From Eledone cirrhosa (lineage: Eukaryota), in the NCBI GenBank assembly GCA_964016885.1, contig OZ024742.1, positions 21,328,001-21,392,000 on the forward strand: a stretch of 64,000 bases of DNA, written 5' to 3'. Below, piece after piece: positions 1 through 15,172 of the stretch. Below the pieces are notes generated by a model. That model was given only the letters and a program-made list of their open reading frames with translations. It had not been told where the DNA came from and made no database searches. A program made the translations under genes and the position numbers. Every line of letters begins with the position of its first letter. Position 1 is the first letter of the stretch.

Positions 1-3000
1 CCACACCATACATATCACCTTTCTGCCAATATCTCTCATTGACAAATGTTCCAGTATATATGTCTGCTATATATAAACCATGTGGTGTTTCCACTGCATA
101 CATATCTGATTTCTTCCAATATCTCTGATTGACAAATGTTCCATTATATATGTCTGCTATTTATAAACCATGTGGTGTTTCCACTGCATACATATCAAAT
201 TTCTTCCAATATCTCTGATTGAGAAATACGTGTCTGCTATTTATAAACCATGTGGTGTTTCCACTGCGTACATATCACCTTTGTTCCAATATCTCTAATT
301 GACAAATCTTCCAGTATATATGTCTGCTATTTATAAACCATGTGGTGTTCCCACTGCATACATATGCCCTTTCTTCGAATATCTCTGCTTGGCAAATCTT
401 CTAGTATATATGTCTGCTATTTATAAACCATGTCGTATTTCCACTGCATACATATCACATTTCTTCCAATATCTCTGATTGACAATTATTCCAGTATACT
501 TGTCTGTTATTTATAAACCATGTGGTGTTTCCACTGCATACATATCACATTTCTTCCAATATCTCTCATTGACAACTGTTCCAGTATACATGTCTGCTAT
601 ATATGAACAATGTGGTGTTTCCACTGCATACATAACATCTTTCTTCCAATATCTCTGATTGACAAATCTTTCAGTATACTTGTCTGTTATTTATAAACCA
701 TGTGGTGTTTCCACTGCATACATATCAACTTTCTTCCAATATCTCTGATTGACAATCTTCTACTCTACATGTCTGTTATTTAAAAACCATGTGGTGTTTC
801 CACTGCATACATATCACATTTATTCCAACATCTCTGATTGACAGATGTTCCAGTATATATGTCTGCTATATATAAACCATGTGGTGTTTCCACTGCATAC
901 ATATAACCTTTCTTCCAAAATCCCTGATTGACAAATGTTCCAGTATACATATCTGCTATTTATAAACCATGTGGTGTTTCCACTGCATACATATACACTT
1001 CCAATATATCTGATTGACAAATCTTCCAGTATACATGTCTGCTATTTATAAACCATGTGGTGTTTCCACTTCATACCTATCACCTTTCTTCCAATATTTC
1101 TGAATGACAAATGTTCCAGCATACATGTCTGCTATTTATAAACCATGTGGTGTTTCCACTTCATACATATCACCTTTCTTCCAATATCTATATTGACAAT
1201 CTTCTACTATACATGTCTGTTATTTAAAAACCATGTGGTGTTTCCACTGGATACATATCACATTTCTTCCAACATCTCTGATTGACAAATGTTCCATTAT
1301 TCATGTCTGCTATTTATAAACCATGTGGTGTTTCCACTGCATACATATCACATGTCTTCCAATATCTCTGATTGACAAATGTTCTACTATACATGTCTGC
1401 TATTTATAAACCATGTGGTGTTTCCACTGCATACATAACCCCTTTCTTCCAATATCTCTGATTGACAAATGTTCTAGTATACAGGTCTGCTATTTATAAA
1501 CCATGGGGTGTTTGCACTGCATACATATCACCTTTATTCCAATATCTCTGATTGACAAATCTACCAGTATGCATGTCTGCTATTTATAAACCATGTGCTG
1601 TTTGCACTGCGTACATATCACCTTTATTCCAATATCTCTGATTGACAAATGTTCTAGTATACATGTCTGCTATTTATAAACCATGTGGTGTTCCCACTGC
1701 ATACGTATCACCCTTCTTCTAATATCTATGATTTACAAATCTTCCAGTATAAATGTCTGCTATTTATAAACCATGTGGTGTTTCCACAGCATACATATCA
1801 CCATTCTTCCAATATCTCTGATTGACAAATCTTCCAGTATACATGTCTGCTATTTATAAACCATGTGGTGTTTGCACTGCGTACGTATCACATTACACCA
1901 ATATCCCTGATTGACAAATGTTACAGTATATATGTCTGCTATTTATAAACCATGTGGTGTTTCCACTGCATACATATCACCTTTCTTCCAATATCTCTGA
2001 TTGAGAAATGTTCCAGTATATATGTCTGCTATTTATAAACCATGTGGTGTTTCCACTGCATACATATCACATTTCTAACAATATCTCTGTGTGATAAATG
2101 TTCCAGTATACATGTCTGCGATTTATAAACAATGTGGTATTTCCACTGCAAATCACATTTCTTCCAATATCTCTGATCGACAAATGTTTTTGTATACATG
2201 TGTGCTATTTATAAAACATGTGGTGTTTCCACTGCATACATATCACATTTCTTCCAATATCTCTGATTGACAAATGTTTCAGTTTATAACTCTGCTATTT
2301 ATAAACCATGTGGTGTTTCCACTGCATACATATAACCTTCCTTCCTATATCTCTGATTGACAAATGTTCCAGTATACATGTCTGCTATTTATAAAACATG
2401 TGGGTTTCCACACCATACATATCACCTTTCTGCCAATATCTCTCATTGACAAATGTTCCAGTATATATGTCTGCTATATATAAACCATGTGGTGTTTCCA
2501 CTGCATACATATCTGATTTCTTCCAATATCTCTGATTGACAAATGTTCCATTATATATGTCTGCTATTTATAAACCATGTGGTGTTTCCACTGCATACAT
2601 ATCAAATTTCTTCCAATATCTCTGATTGAGAAATACATGTCTGCTATTTATAAACCATGTGGTGTTTCCACTGCGTACATATCACCTTTGTTCCAATATC
2701 TCTAATTGACAAATCTTCCAGTATATATGTCTGCTATTTATAAACCATGTGGTGTTCCCACTGCATACATATGCCCTTTCTTCGAATATCTCTGCTTGGC
2801 AAATCTTCTAGTATATATGTCTGCTATTTATAAACCATGTCGTATTTCCACTGCATACATATCACATTTCTTCCAATATCTCTGATTGACAATTATTCCA
2901 CTATACTTGTCTGTTATTTATAAACCATGTGGTGTTTCCACTGCATACATATCACATTTCTTCCAATATCTCTCATTGACAACTGTTCCAGTATACATGT

Positions 3001-6000
3001 CTGCTATATATGAACAATGTGGTGTTTCCACTGCATACATAACATCTTTCTTCCAATATCTCTGATTGACAAATCTTTCAGTATACTTGTCTGTTATTTA
3101 TAAACCATGTGGTGTTTCCACTGCATACATATCAACTTTCTTCCAATATCTCTGATTGACAATCTTCTACTCTACATGTCTGTTATTTAAAAACCATGTG
3201 GTGTTTCCACTGCATACATATCACATTTATTCCAACATCTCTGATTGACAGATGTTCCAGTATATATGTCTGCTATATATAAACCATGTGGTGTTTCCAC
3301 TGCATACATATAACCTTTCTTCCAAAATCCCTGATTGACAAATGTTCCAGTATACATATCTGCTATTTATAAACCATGTGGTGTTTCCACTGCATACATA
3401 TACACTTCCAATATATCTGATTGACAAATCTTCCAGTATACATGTCTGCTATTTATAAACCATGTGGTGTTTCCACTTCATACCTATCACCTTTCTTCCA
3501 ATATTTCTGAATGACAAATGTTCCAGCATACATGTCTGCTATTTATAAACCATGTGGTGTTTCCACTTCATACATATCACCTTTCTTCCAATATCTATAT
3601 TGACAATCTTCTACTATACATGTCTGTTATTTAAAAACCATGTGGTGTTTCCACTGGATACATATCACATTTCTTCCAACATCTCTGATTGACAAATGTT
3701 CCATTATTCATGTCTGCTATTTATAAACCATGTGGTGTTTCCACTGCATACATATCACATGTCTTCCAATATCTCTGATTGACAAATGTTCTACTATACA
3801 TGTCTGCTATTTATAAACCATGTGGTGTTTCCACTGCATACATAACCCCTTTCTTCCAATATCTCTGATTGACAAATGTTCTAGTATACAGGTCTGCTAT
3901 TTATAAACCATGGGGTGTTTGCACTGCATACATATCACCTTTATTCCAATATCTCTGATTGACAAATCTACCAGTATGCATGTCTGCTATTTATAAACCA
4001 TGTGCTGTTTGCACTGCGTACATATCACCTTTATTCCAATATCTCTGATTGACAAATGTTCTAGTATACAGGTCTGCTATTTATAAACTTTGTGGTGTTT
4101 CCACTGCATAAATATCACATTCCTTCCAATATCTCTGATTGACAAATCTACCAGTATGCATGTCTGCTATTTATAAACCATGTGGTGTTTCCGCTGCATA
4201 CATATCTCATTTCTTCCAATATCTCTGATTGACAAATGTTCTAGTATACAGGTCTGCTATTTATAAACCATGTGGTGTTTCCACTGCATACGTATCAACT
4301 TCCAATATCTCTGATTGATAAATCTTCCAGTATACATGTCTGCTATATATAAACCACGTGGTGTTTCCACTGCATACATATCACCTTTCTCCCAATATCT
4401 CTGATTGACAAATATTCCAGTATGCATGTCTACTATTTATAAACCATGTGAAGTTTCGACTTGATACATACCACCTTTCTTCCAATATCTCTGATTGACA
4501 ATCTTCTACTCTACATGTCTGTTAATTAAAAACCATGTGGTGTTTCCACTGCATACATATCACATTTATTCCAACATCTCTGATTGACAGATGTTCCAGT
4601 ATATATGTCTGCTATATATAAACCATGTGGTGTTTCCACTGCATACATATAACCTTTCTTCCAATATCTCTGATTGACAAATCTTTCAGTATACATGTCT
4701 GCTATTTATAAACCATGCGGTCTTTACACTGCATGCATATCACCTTTCTTCGAATATCTCTGCTTGGGAAATCTACCAGTATACATGTCTGCTATTTATA
4801 AACCACTTGGTGTTTCCACTGCATACATATCCCCTTTCTTCCAAAATCCCTGATTGACAAATGTTCCAGTATATATGTCTGCTATTTATAAACCATGTGG
4901 TGTTTCCACTGCATACATATCACCTTTCTTTCTATATCTCTGATTGACAAATCTACCAGTATACATGTCTGCTATTTAAAAACCATGTGCTGTTTCCACT
5001 GCATACATATACACTTCCGTTATCTCTGATTGACAAATCTACCAGTATACATCTCTGCTATATATAAATCACGTGGTGTTTCCACTGCATACCTATCACC
5101 TTTCTTCCAATATCTCTGAATGACAAATGTTCCAGTATACATGTCTGCTATTTATAAACCATGTGGCGTTTCCACTTCATACATATCGCCTTTCTTCCAA
5201 TATCTATATTGACAATCTTCTACTATACATGTCTGCTATTTATAAACAATGTGGTGTTTCCACTGCATAAATATCACATGTCTTCCAAAATCTCTGATTG
5301 ACAAATGTTCTAGTATACATGTCTGCTATTTATAAACCCTGTGCTGTTTGCACTGCGTACATATCACCTTTATTCCAATATCTCTGATTGACAAATGTTT
5401 TAGCATACATGTCTGCTATTTATAAACCATGTAGTGTTTCCACTGCATACATATCACCTTTCTTCCAATATCTCTGAGTGACAAATGTTTCAGTATATAA
5501 CTCAGTTATTTATAAACGATATGGTGTTTCCACTGCATACATATGACCTTTCTTCCTATATCTCTGTTTGACAAATGTTCCAGTATACTTGTCTGCTATT
5601 TATAAACCATGTGGTTTTTCCACTGCATACATATCACCTTTCTTACAATATCTCTGATTGACCAATCTTCCAGTATACATGTGTGCTATATATAAACGAT
5701 GTGGTGTTTCCACTGCATACATATCAAATTTCTTCCAATATCTCTGATTGACAAATGTTCCAGTATACATGTCTGCTATTTATAAACCATGTGGTGTTTC
5801 CACTGCATACATATCACCTTTCTTCCAATATCTCTGATTGAAAATATTTTACTATACATGTCTGCTATTTAAAAACCATGTGGTCTTTCCACTGCATACA
5901 TATGACATTTCTTCCAACATCTCTGATTGACAAATGTTCCAGTATACATGTCTGCTATTTATAAACTATGTGGTCTTTCCACTGCATACATATCACATTT

Positions 6001-8768
6001 CTTCCTATATCTCTGATTGACAAATGTTCCAGTATATATGTCTGATATATATACAATATGTGGTGTTTCCACTGCATACATATCCCCTTTCTGCCAATAT
6101 CTCTGATTGACAAATGTTCCAGTATATATGTCTGCTATTTATAAACCATGTGGTGTTTCCACTGCATACATATCCCCTTTCCTCCAATATCTCTGATTGG
6201 CAAATCTTCCAGTATACATGGCTGCTATTTATAAAACACGTGTTGTTTCCACTCCATATATATCACCTTTCTTCCAATATCTCTGATTGGCAAATCTTCC
6301 AGTATACATGTCTGCTTTTTGTAAACCATGTGGTGTTTCCACTGCATACATATCAACTTTCTTCCAATATCTCTGATTGACAAATGTTCCATTATTCATG
6401 TCTGCTATTTATAAACCCTGTGGTGTTTCCACTGCATACATATCAGATTTCTTCCAATATCTGTGATTGAGAAATCTACCAGTATACATGTCTGCTATTT
6501 ATAAACCATGTGGTGTTTCCACTGCATACATATCAACTTCCAATATCTCTGATTGACAAATCTTCCAGTATACATGTCTGCTATTTATAACCCATGTGGT
6601 GTTTGCACTGCATACATATCATATTTCTTCCAATATCTCTGATTGACAAATTTACCAGTATATATGTCTCATATTTATAAACCACGTGGTGTTTCCACTG
6701 CATACATATCACCTTTCGTCAAATATCTCTCATTGACAAATGTTCCAGTATACATGTCTGCTATTTATAAACCATGTGGTGTTTCCACTTCATACATATC
6801 ACCTTTCTTCCAATATCTCTGATTGACAATCTTCTACTATACATGTCTGTTATTTAAAAACCATGTGGTGTTTTCACTGCATACATATCACCTTTCGTCA
6901 AATATCTCTCAATGACAAATCTTCCGGTATACATGTCTGTTATTTAAAAACCATGTGGTGTTTCCACTGCATACATATCATATTTCTTCCAACATCTCTG
7001 ATTGACAAATCTACCAGTATACATGTCTGCTATTTATAAACCATGTGGTGTTTCCACTGCATACATATCACATGTCTTCCAATATCTCTGATTGACAAAT
7101 GTTCTAGTATACAGGTCTGCTATTTATAAACCATGTGGTGTTTTCATTGCATACATATCCCCTTTCTTCCAATATCTCTGATTGACAAATGTTCCAGTAT
7201 ACATGTCTGCTATTTATAACCCATGTGGTGTTTGCACTGCATACATATCATATTTCTTCCAATATCTCTGATTGACAAATCTACCAGTATACATGTCTGA
7301 TATTTATAAACCATGTGGTGTTTCCACTGCATACATATCACCTTTCGTCAAATATCTCTCATTGATAAATCTTCCGGTATACATGTCTGCTCTTTATAAA
7401 TCATGTGGTGTTTCCACTCCATATATATCACCTTTCTTCCAATATCTCTGATTGGCAAATCTTCCAGTATACATGTCTGCTTTTTGTAAACCATGTGGTG
7501 TTTCCACTGCATACATATCAACTTTCTTCCAATATCTCCGATTGACAAATGTTCCAGTATACATGTCTGCTATTTATAAACCCTGTGGTGTTTCCACTGC
7601 ATACATATCAGATTTCTTCCAATATCTGTGATTGAGAAATCTACCAGTATACATGTCTGCTATTTATAAACCATGTGGTGTTTCCACTGCATACATATCA
7701 ACTTCCAATATCTCTGATTGACAAATCTTCCAGTATACATGTCTGCTATTTATAACCCATGTGGTGTTTGCACTGCATACATATCATATTTCTTCCAATA
7801 TCTCTGATTGACAAATTTACCAGTATATATGTCTCATATTTATAAACCACGTGGTGTTTCCACTGCATACATATCACCTTTCGTCAAATATCTCTCATTG
7901 ACAAATGTTCCAGTATACATGTCTGCTATTTATAAACCATGTGGTGTTTCCACTTCATACATATCACCTTTCTTCCAATATCTCTGATTGACAATCTTCT
8001 ACTATACATGTCTGTTATTTAAAAACCATGTGGTGTTTTCACTGCATACATATCACCTTTCGTCAAATATCTCTCAATGACAAATCTTCCGGTATACATG
8101 TCTGTTATTTAAAAACCATGTGGTGTTTCCACTGCATACATATCATATTTCTTCCAACATCTCTGATTGACAAATCTACCAGTATACATGTCTGCTATTT
8201 ATAAACCATGTGGTGTTTCCACTGCATACATATCACATGTCTTCCAATATCTCTGATTGACAAATGTTCTAGTATACAGGTCTGCTATTTATAAACCATG
8301 TGGTGTTTCCATTGCATACATATCCCCTTTCTTCCAATATCTCTGATTGACAAATGTTCCAGTATACATGTCTGCTATTTATAACCCATGTGGTGTTTGC
8401 ACTGCATACATATCATATTTCTTCCAATATCTCTGATTGACAAATCTACCAGTATACATGTCTGATATTTATAAACCATGTGGTGTTTCCACTGCATACA
8501 TATCACCTTTCGTCAAATATCTCTCATTGATAAATCTTCCGGTATACATGTCTGCTCTTTATAAATCATGTGGTGTTTCCACTGCATACATATGACTTTT
8601 CTTCCAATATTTCTGAATGACAAATGTTCCAGTATATATGTCTGCCATATATAAACCATGTGTTGTTTCCACTGCATACATATCACATTTCTTCCAATGT
8701 CTCTGATTGACAAATCTACCAGTATACATGTCTGCTATTTATAAACCATGTGGTGTTACCACTGCATA
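1..8768. repeat. 90-bp tandem satellite (~98 monomers, continues past the left edge)
   Basis: Consensus ccatgtggtgtttccactgcatacatatcacctttcttccaatatctctgattgacaaatgttccagtatacatgtctgctatttataaa recurs every 90 nt (e.g. 1321, 1411, 1501), with scattered substitutions and small deletions. It ends abruptly near 8768. Confidence 0.97.
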
Positions 8769-8959
8769 AACTCTTTTTTAATGTGGAGAAATTATTTCAT
8801 TTATCCATTTACGTTTGAGAAATGATTATTTTACATACTTGTTTCATTTATAATTCAGAAATGTTATCAAACATACCTTCTTTCTATTTTACATACATGA
8901 CTTGAAGAAATCAATTAAATATACGTATTTCATTAATTTTAAGAAACACATTGTGCCTT

Positions 8960-9062
8960 ATTCGTTAGAGATTAGATTCGTAATTGTGAGGTTGTGAGTT
9001 CGATTCCTGGACCAGGCGATGCGTTATGTCCTTGTGCAAGACACTTTATTTCACGTTGCTCC
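8960..9062 (+). mobile_element. tRNA-derived SINE fragment (head and central domain)
   Basis: B-box GAGTTCGATTCC at ~8996, followed by tgtccttgtgcaagacactttatttcacgttgctcc, a block shared with the copies at ~10.0, 12.6 and 33.3 kb. Confidence 0.8.
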
Positions 9063-9359
9063 TTCTACCTGGAGTTGCGACCGATAGATAGTACTGGCAA
9101 TTAGAAAGACCAACGAAAACATTGTTTCCTCGTTCCGATTTGACGAAAGTCGATCGTTCCTTCTTTTTTTTTTAAGCATGTCCCTTTCATACTTCAAACG
9201 TTTTTGTTTCAGGCATTAATATCAAACATGTGTGTTTTATAAAATATTGCTGGAGTAAATTATTATCAAACATATGTATTTCATATTTGATCAAACATTT
9301 GATACTTGAGTTCTTCGTATTGGTCACACTCTAACACGAATCCACCCACTGTTCTCTCT

Positions 9360-9363
<4 letters not shown>

Positions 9364-9439
<76 letters not shown>
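9364..9439. repeat. (TA)n microsatellite, representative of dozens of (TA)n/(CA)n/(GA)n tracts between 9 and 41 kb
   Basis: Perfect TA run read directly. Confidence 0.95.
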
Positions 9440-9441
<2 letters not shown>

Positions 9442-9852
9442 TTCCTTCTCTCTCTATCCCTGTATCTATCTATATATCTTCCTCTCTCACTTACCAATTA
9501 TTGTTTTCTACTGATAAATTCAGAAGTAAAGTGAAAACTCGGTTAGTATATTTTTTCTGAAGATTAAATATACCTTGGTGTACGAAAAAGTTCAGAGTAA
9601 AATTTAAAAATTGATGAATGTTTGTAGAAAATATAACCAGCCATCTCTATATATCAGTATATGGAATATAAGCTGCATCTGGATAGACAGTTGAGAGAGA
9701 TATTGGAATTACATATGTGGCGTTGTAGGTTGTTAACTATTCTACCTGAAGTAGCTGATCCTGGAATTACCTGAATACATGAAAAAATACAATTCTATTC
9801 GTCCGAGGTTAATATGTATCGTATATAAACTGTCACACTATTGGTTAAATCA

Positions 9853-10140
9853 AACGAGTGTTCTAGTTGATACAATCAACGGAACAGCTTGCTCGTGAAA
9901 TTAACGAGCAAGTTGCAGAGCATTCTACAGACACGCGTAACCTTAACGAGGTTCTCAGTGAGACTCAGCGTGACACAATGTCACAAGTCGGGCTCTTCGA
10001 ATTACAAACACAACTCATTTTTTGCCAGCTGAGTGGACTGAAACAACATGAAATAAAGTGTCACAACGCGCCGCAGGGAATCGAACTCACCACCTTACGA
10101 TCCTGAGCCGAATACCCTAACCACAAAGTTATGCGTCTTC
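9853..10140 (-). mobile_element. Near full-length tRNA-derived SINE
   Basis: Minus strand reads gaagacgcataactttgtggttagggtattcggctcaggatcgtaaggtggtGAGTTCGATTCC (tRNA-like head with B-box), then actttatttcatgttgtttcagtccactcagctggcaaaaaatgagttg. Homologous to 33264-33377, and the tail resembles 34870-35010. Confidence 0.85.
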
Positions 10141-12439
10141 AGTTATGTATAGTATAGAGGTATTAATTATCAAACCGATAACTAAGTATGTCAAAATTTA
10201 TAAATCATTTTTAATATTCAGCGACAAAATCCCATCATTTTGAGTAGGAATTCTATCGAAGATATTCAATCTCAACTCCTCATCACATAATCTCCTGTAT
10301 ATGGTTTACTGAACATAAAATTCAACACCATGCTGATCAAAAGCCTTCGGGACATTTAGAAAGTCTAAATCAATTTCAGCATATCATTAGCATTTATTTT
10401 AATATTTTATCGACGTTGTGTGTGAAGCGATATAAACTAAAGTAGACGATAGAAAAATATATGTTGTAGCATTTCATGACATGATCCTTCAATTTATACA
10501 GTCAACTAGTATTCTTTGACACTTTATTGTCTAAGCATACATACAAGGGAAACACCTTCTCTATTCTGTCTGCCGGGGCATAGGCACCCATTTGGTCATA
10601 ATAGTGAGAGATGTGGAGAGCGAGAAAGACGGAAGCAGTGAGTGAAAGAGTTAAATCATCAACACTTATTTACTTTACCATTCAGGATATATATATTATG
10701 TAAGAACTTATATGTTGCTAGGGTAGCAAGCTTAACAAGGTACATAGCTTAGCAAAAAAAAAACAAGATAAAGATTTTAATAAATTATTATTTATTGAAT
10801 TTTTTACACGGGAAGCCATCACAGAAACAATACGATATAAATACTTCATTTCAGTTTAATCTCTTATTTTTATAACCATTGAATGATGTGACGATAGGGA
10901 TGGTGGTTTTCACCAGAAACGAACCATAGATTTTCAGATAATATTCTCTGATGCCAGAGATATATAGTGTGAATGTTTCTCTAAGTACGAATTGAACGAA
11001 GCAAAATGATTATCAACTAAAAACAAGACGACATATGTGAACTTTAATTATACTTCAAAGACACATGTTCCATAAGTTATGATGTAAATATAACATAGTG
11101 TTTCAAATCCAGCTGCTCTGTTTTATCAACATTGAGCCATTCTATTTTGCATAATCTTCAGATTAATTAACTGATGTTTCATTAAATATTTACTAATTAT
11201 GTTGTTTGTAGTATGAAACAATCGACTTATTTACATTAAATTTTATTGCAATTCATTAATCTTGCTTATTTCATCACCGATTCATATTCTCACAGATGGA
11301 ATGGAGGCGCTCAACAAAACAATGGTCTTTAATTTCTTAATCAACAATATCAACGTCTTTTATGGTTTAGTTTATAATTATATTATCATTATTATTATAT
11401 TTTTTCACATTACGTACCTCGTCACGTATTGGTTGAGTAAATCTATTTCTTTGATCATATACATATAGCTCATTTTATCTTTAGTTTTATTCATGTTGAA
11501 TATTCTAATATTTTTCTTGATTGTATTTAAGATAAAATGTTCACCAGAAACTTTACGAAAATGAAATTCGATTTGATGGAGATAAATTTATAATGAAATT
11601 GAATAGCATCTGTAAAGTTTATACTTTTCTTGGATTTTTATTTTAATTTTCAAAACTGGGTTTAAATCAAATTACGATTTTGTAGAATTTATTGATTGAA
11701 TGCAAATGGGATATAACTGCTGTGTATAAGCTCATTATATGTGGTTCAGAGTTCATAATTGACAGAACAAGAAAAACTGATGTGTTAATATATTAGCTAC
11801 AATTACGTATATAAAGATATTAGATGTATACCCAAGTATAAACAGAAATATGGATTCCTTTTGTCGGTGTTTCAATCATAAGGTGTATCAATTATTCCAA
11901 TTGGCAGAATACCGTATATGATGAAACAGACCCTACTTTTTATCTCAAGATTACGTGTTCAGGCCCCATTTAGATTGATATTTAAATGCCGCCACAGTCA
12001 ATATTTGTACAGATGTCTATTTAAATCGTATCAGTATTGCAGTTTTTCTGGACTTCCAGTTAAGATTCATTTCTAAAGGTTTAAAGGAGAGACTGCTAGG
12101 TTCCACGTGTGATCATGTGTCATGATATATTGAAGTAATTGTGTATCCTTCTTTCTTTATAATTTTGAAAGAAATTTTGAAAGAAATGTTGAATAATTCT
12201 ATTGTAAAGATGAATTGAAATGTTTTGTCAATCACTGAAGGTTTAATACCAACCGATGTTTTGATCCGGTCTCATAGTATTAAACAGACATCAGATAAAT
12301 CTCTGTGCAGATACCACATCACCAGGTCCCAAAGGCGTCTTGATTTTAGTTAGGTAGGAGAATGTAGATTCGCAGCAATAAGTGGTTTAAATTAAAATAA
12401 AGTCTAAAAAATTCTCTTAGGTCTTTCTCGAGTTCAGAG

Positions 12440-12690
12440 TCTCATCAAGCCGCTGCTTATCTCGGTTTCCGTGGCGTGAAGCGACTTAAAGGACAAGTCG
12501 TCTCTCTGGACAGGATGATAGTTCATCTCTGGTTAAGTTCCCAGCTATTGCTGGTACTTATTCTCAGCTGAGTATACTGCTGCAACGTGAAATGAAGGGT
12601 TTTGTTCAAGAATACAACACGCAACCTAGTCCAGGAATCGAACCGACAAAAATATGATCACAAGTCCACCACCCTTACCACTAAGTCACC
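12440..12690 (-). mobile_element. tRNA-derived SINE with a different 3' region
   Basis: Minus strand: A-box-like TGACTTAGTGG, B-box GGTTCGATTCC, shared central block (ttcatttcacgttgc...actcagctg), then 3' region ...cgcttcacgccacggaaaccgagataagcagcggcttgatgag. Confidence 0.78.
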
Positions 12691-13094
12691 CTTACCGCTA
12701 TCTGCCCATAGGAGATAAACAAAAACATATTAATAAAAATTAAAAATGTGTGGGAAAGTTTGGATTCTTTGTAAAGGCCACACAGAATGGCATAGATGGT
12801 CTCGGGTTCCCCATTTCTACATTTTACGACCCCCAAGTGATATTGAAAGCCACCTCTTAGTACGCTAGAGTAGGCTGCAGTTAATCTTCTTTCCAGGACT
12901 AACAACATCACTGGACATTAAAGAAACACGAAAATATCCCCACCTTATAGATTTTCCCATCGTAATTACGTCAATGAAACATGTGAGTTATTTTTGCTTC
13001 GTTTTTCAGAGAGAATTCATATAGCTGTTGGCAGTCCCTATTTAGAGAACTCACATCTTGTTCATGTTGAATAGATTATCATTGATAATTGATG

Positions 13095-13096
<2 letters not shown>

Positions 13097-13170
<74 letters not shown>

Positions 13171-13288
13171 AAGAAATGTTGGTGGTAGTAGCAGTGGTGT
13201 CCGTACTAGTAGTAATAGTAGTAGTGGTGGAGCTGTTGGTGGTGGTGGTGGTGGTACTTGTAGTAGTAGTAGTAGTAGTAGTAGTAGA
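13097..13288. repeat. (TAG)n/(TGG)n trinucleotide microsatellite
   Basis: Read directly; source of the poly-Ser and poly-Leu ORFs. Confidence 0.95.
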
Positions 13289-13565
13289 TACTGTACTGCT
13301 TTCGCCGTAGACATGTGTTTGCTAAGTGTAAGTTGACAGAGCTAATTAATATTCGTGGTATTCCGTAGTTACAATATGGTGAGCAGAAAGGTTATTTTTA
13401 CTCTTAATATTTACATTTATTACAATCTTTTATTAGTTAGATGTATGGGGATCTGACAAATTAGAACTTTAAATTCAATGTTTGGTGTTAGAGGAAAGCC
13501 TCGTGGGGATGGAGATGCCAGTGTAGAAATGAGGATTTCTAAAATATATTTAACCACTTCTATAT

Positions 13566-13630
13566 GAAGGCGCATGGCCTACTGGTAAGAGTATTGGACT
13601 TAAAAATCATAACGCCGTGGGTTCGATTCG
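13566..13630 (+). mobile_element. tRNA-derived SINE head only
   Basis: gaaggcgcaTGGCCTACTGGtaagagtattggact...GGTTCGATTC: A-box and B-box, with a gaag(g/a)c 5' start like the other SINE copies. Confidence 0.75.
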
Positions 13631-15057
13631 ATATGAAGCATTTTGTTTATAAATTGTATTTAAACTGTTTATTATATGTTTGTTCGTAATTTGAACTGTA
13701 AGTAAAACTGAAAATTTATCAATGAATTTCAATAAATATGATATAACGACTGTTGAAATACCGAGAATATTATTATGAAAATTTTATGTTACAACTTAGT
13801 ATATTGCTTCTTGTGAAATTTGAAGTGAAATTGTAATGAAAGAATCCCAAGTCTTTTATTTGGCCCTATTTTTAATATAGCGATTTGAGGAAATTGTCTG
13901 AGATAGCAAAATATACTCCGGTATTCCTTCTGATGGGGAAATTTAATATCCTCTTAATGGTTCACAAATATTATAGATAACTAAATATTGACTTGATGAA
14001 ATTAGATATCTGATTAAATACCATACCCTGTTGGAATAAAACAATACCGTTTTCAGTGAAAATCAATGAAGAAAATATAAACAAGTTGAAAGCGATTTTA
14101 CTTCTAATGAAACAACCAAAGGTAATCTCCATTGAAATATCGCTTCTAAGTAAAATCTTGTTTCGTAATACTTCTATTTCCTAATAGCTGGGTGACAAAT
14201 CACATCAACCGATATGTACAATAGAATGTATAGTAGATGTTGTGTCTGGCCGAACATACATACACACACCTACATACATACACACACATATATATATATT
14301 TCAAAGAAATGTAAATAAGTTCTTACAAATTTCTATCAACAAAAATAATTTAATTTCCTAAAAGCTTCGTAAATATCTTAAATTCCGACTATGTACGTCA
14401 GGCAATAAACCACTCTGTTGATGTAATCTCCTCTTTAAGATGAAAAGGAACAACTTAAACAAAAGAATATAAGAAACATGATCTCGTGCTTCTAGATGCA
14501 GGATCTGTTTTAGCTAAAATAAACTAACGATTATTTATGAGGGAACCTTCTAGCACATTTTTCGGCTTATTTCAAAGACACAGACATGTAAATGTCAGCT
14601 TTACTATCTATTAACTTGAAGACAAAACAGAGAGCAATCTCATGCGCTACGATTCCCAACGAAATCAAACGGTTTACCAGATATATTAAACGTTTAGTTC
14701 TATATTAATACACTTCATACAGGTTTCTCTCTCAAATTATATCCCTAGTAAAACAGTCACGTTTCATAGAGAAATATATCTGGATGTTTTCCATTTGTTT
14801 TTGCGAGAGGGATTGTTTCCTGGAAATGTCTAATTTGATCTCTACTTAAAGAAAAATTTTGGAATTGTAAAATATGTGATGATGACAATTTATCAATTTG
14901 AACTTACGATATAACATTCGAATTGTAGAGACATGTATCTGTGGTAATGAATTAGAACATAGCGGACACATATATATATATATATATATATATATGAGTG
15001 CTTGAATTGAATTGCATTGTTTACCCTAATATATGTATATATATATATATATATATA

Positions 15058-15115
15058 GGGTGAAAGCAGCGATTCTTTTCTTAAACTTTAATCTGTTATT
15101 TTAATATATATATAT

Positions 15116-15172
<57 letters not shown>

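Noticed and set aside
1-8768. 90-bp unit as a decayed C2H2 zinc-finger array or coding repeat (minus frame WKKCDMYAVETPHGL*IADMYTGTFVNQRY)
   Set aside because: The unit is 30 codons rather than 28, lacks CxxC...HxxxH spacing, and has a stop in the consensus.
12681-12911. 76-aa ORF as a host exon or RTE fragment (ERRLTAAYSSVLR)
   Set aside because: Similarity is limited to a short stretch and cannot be supported without a search.
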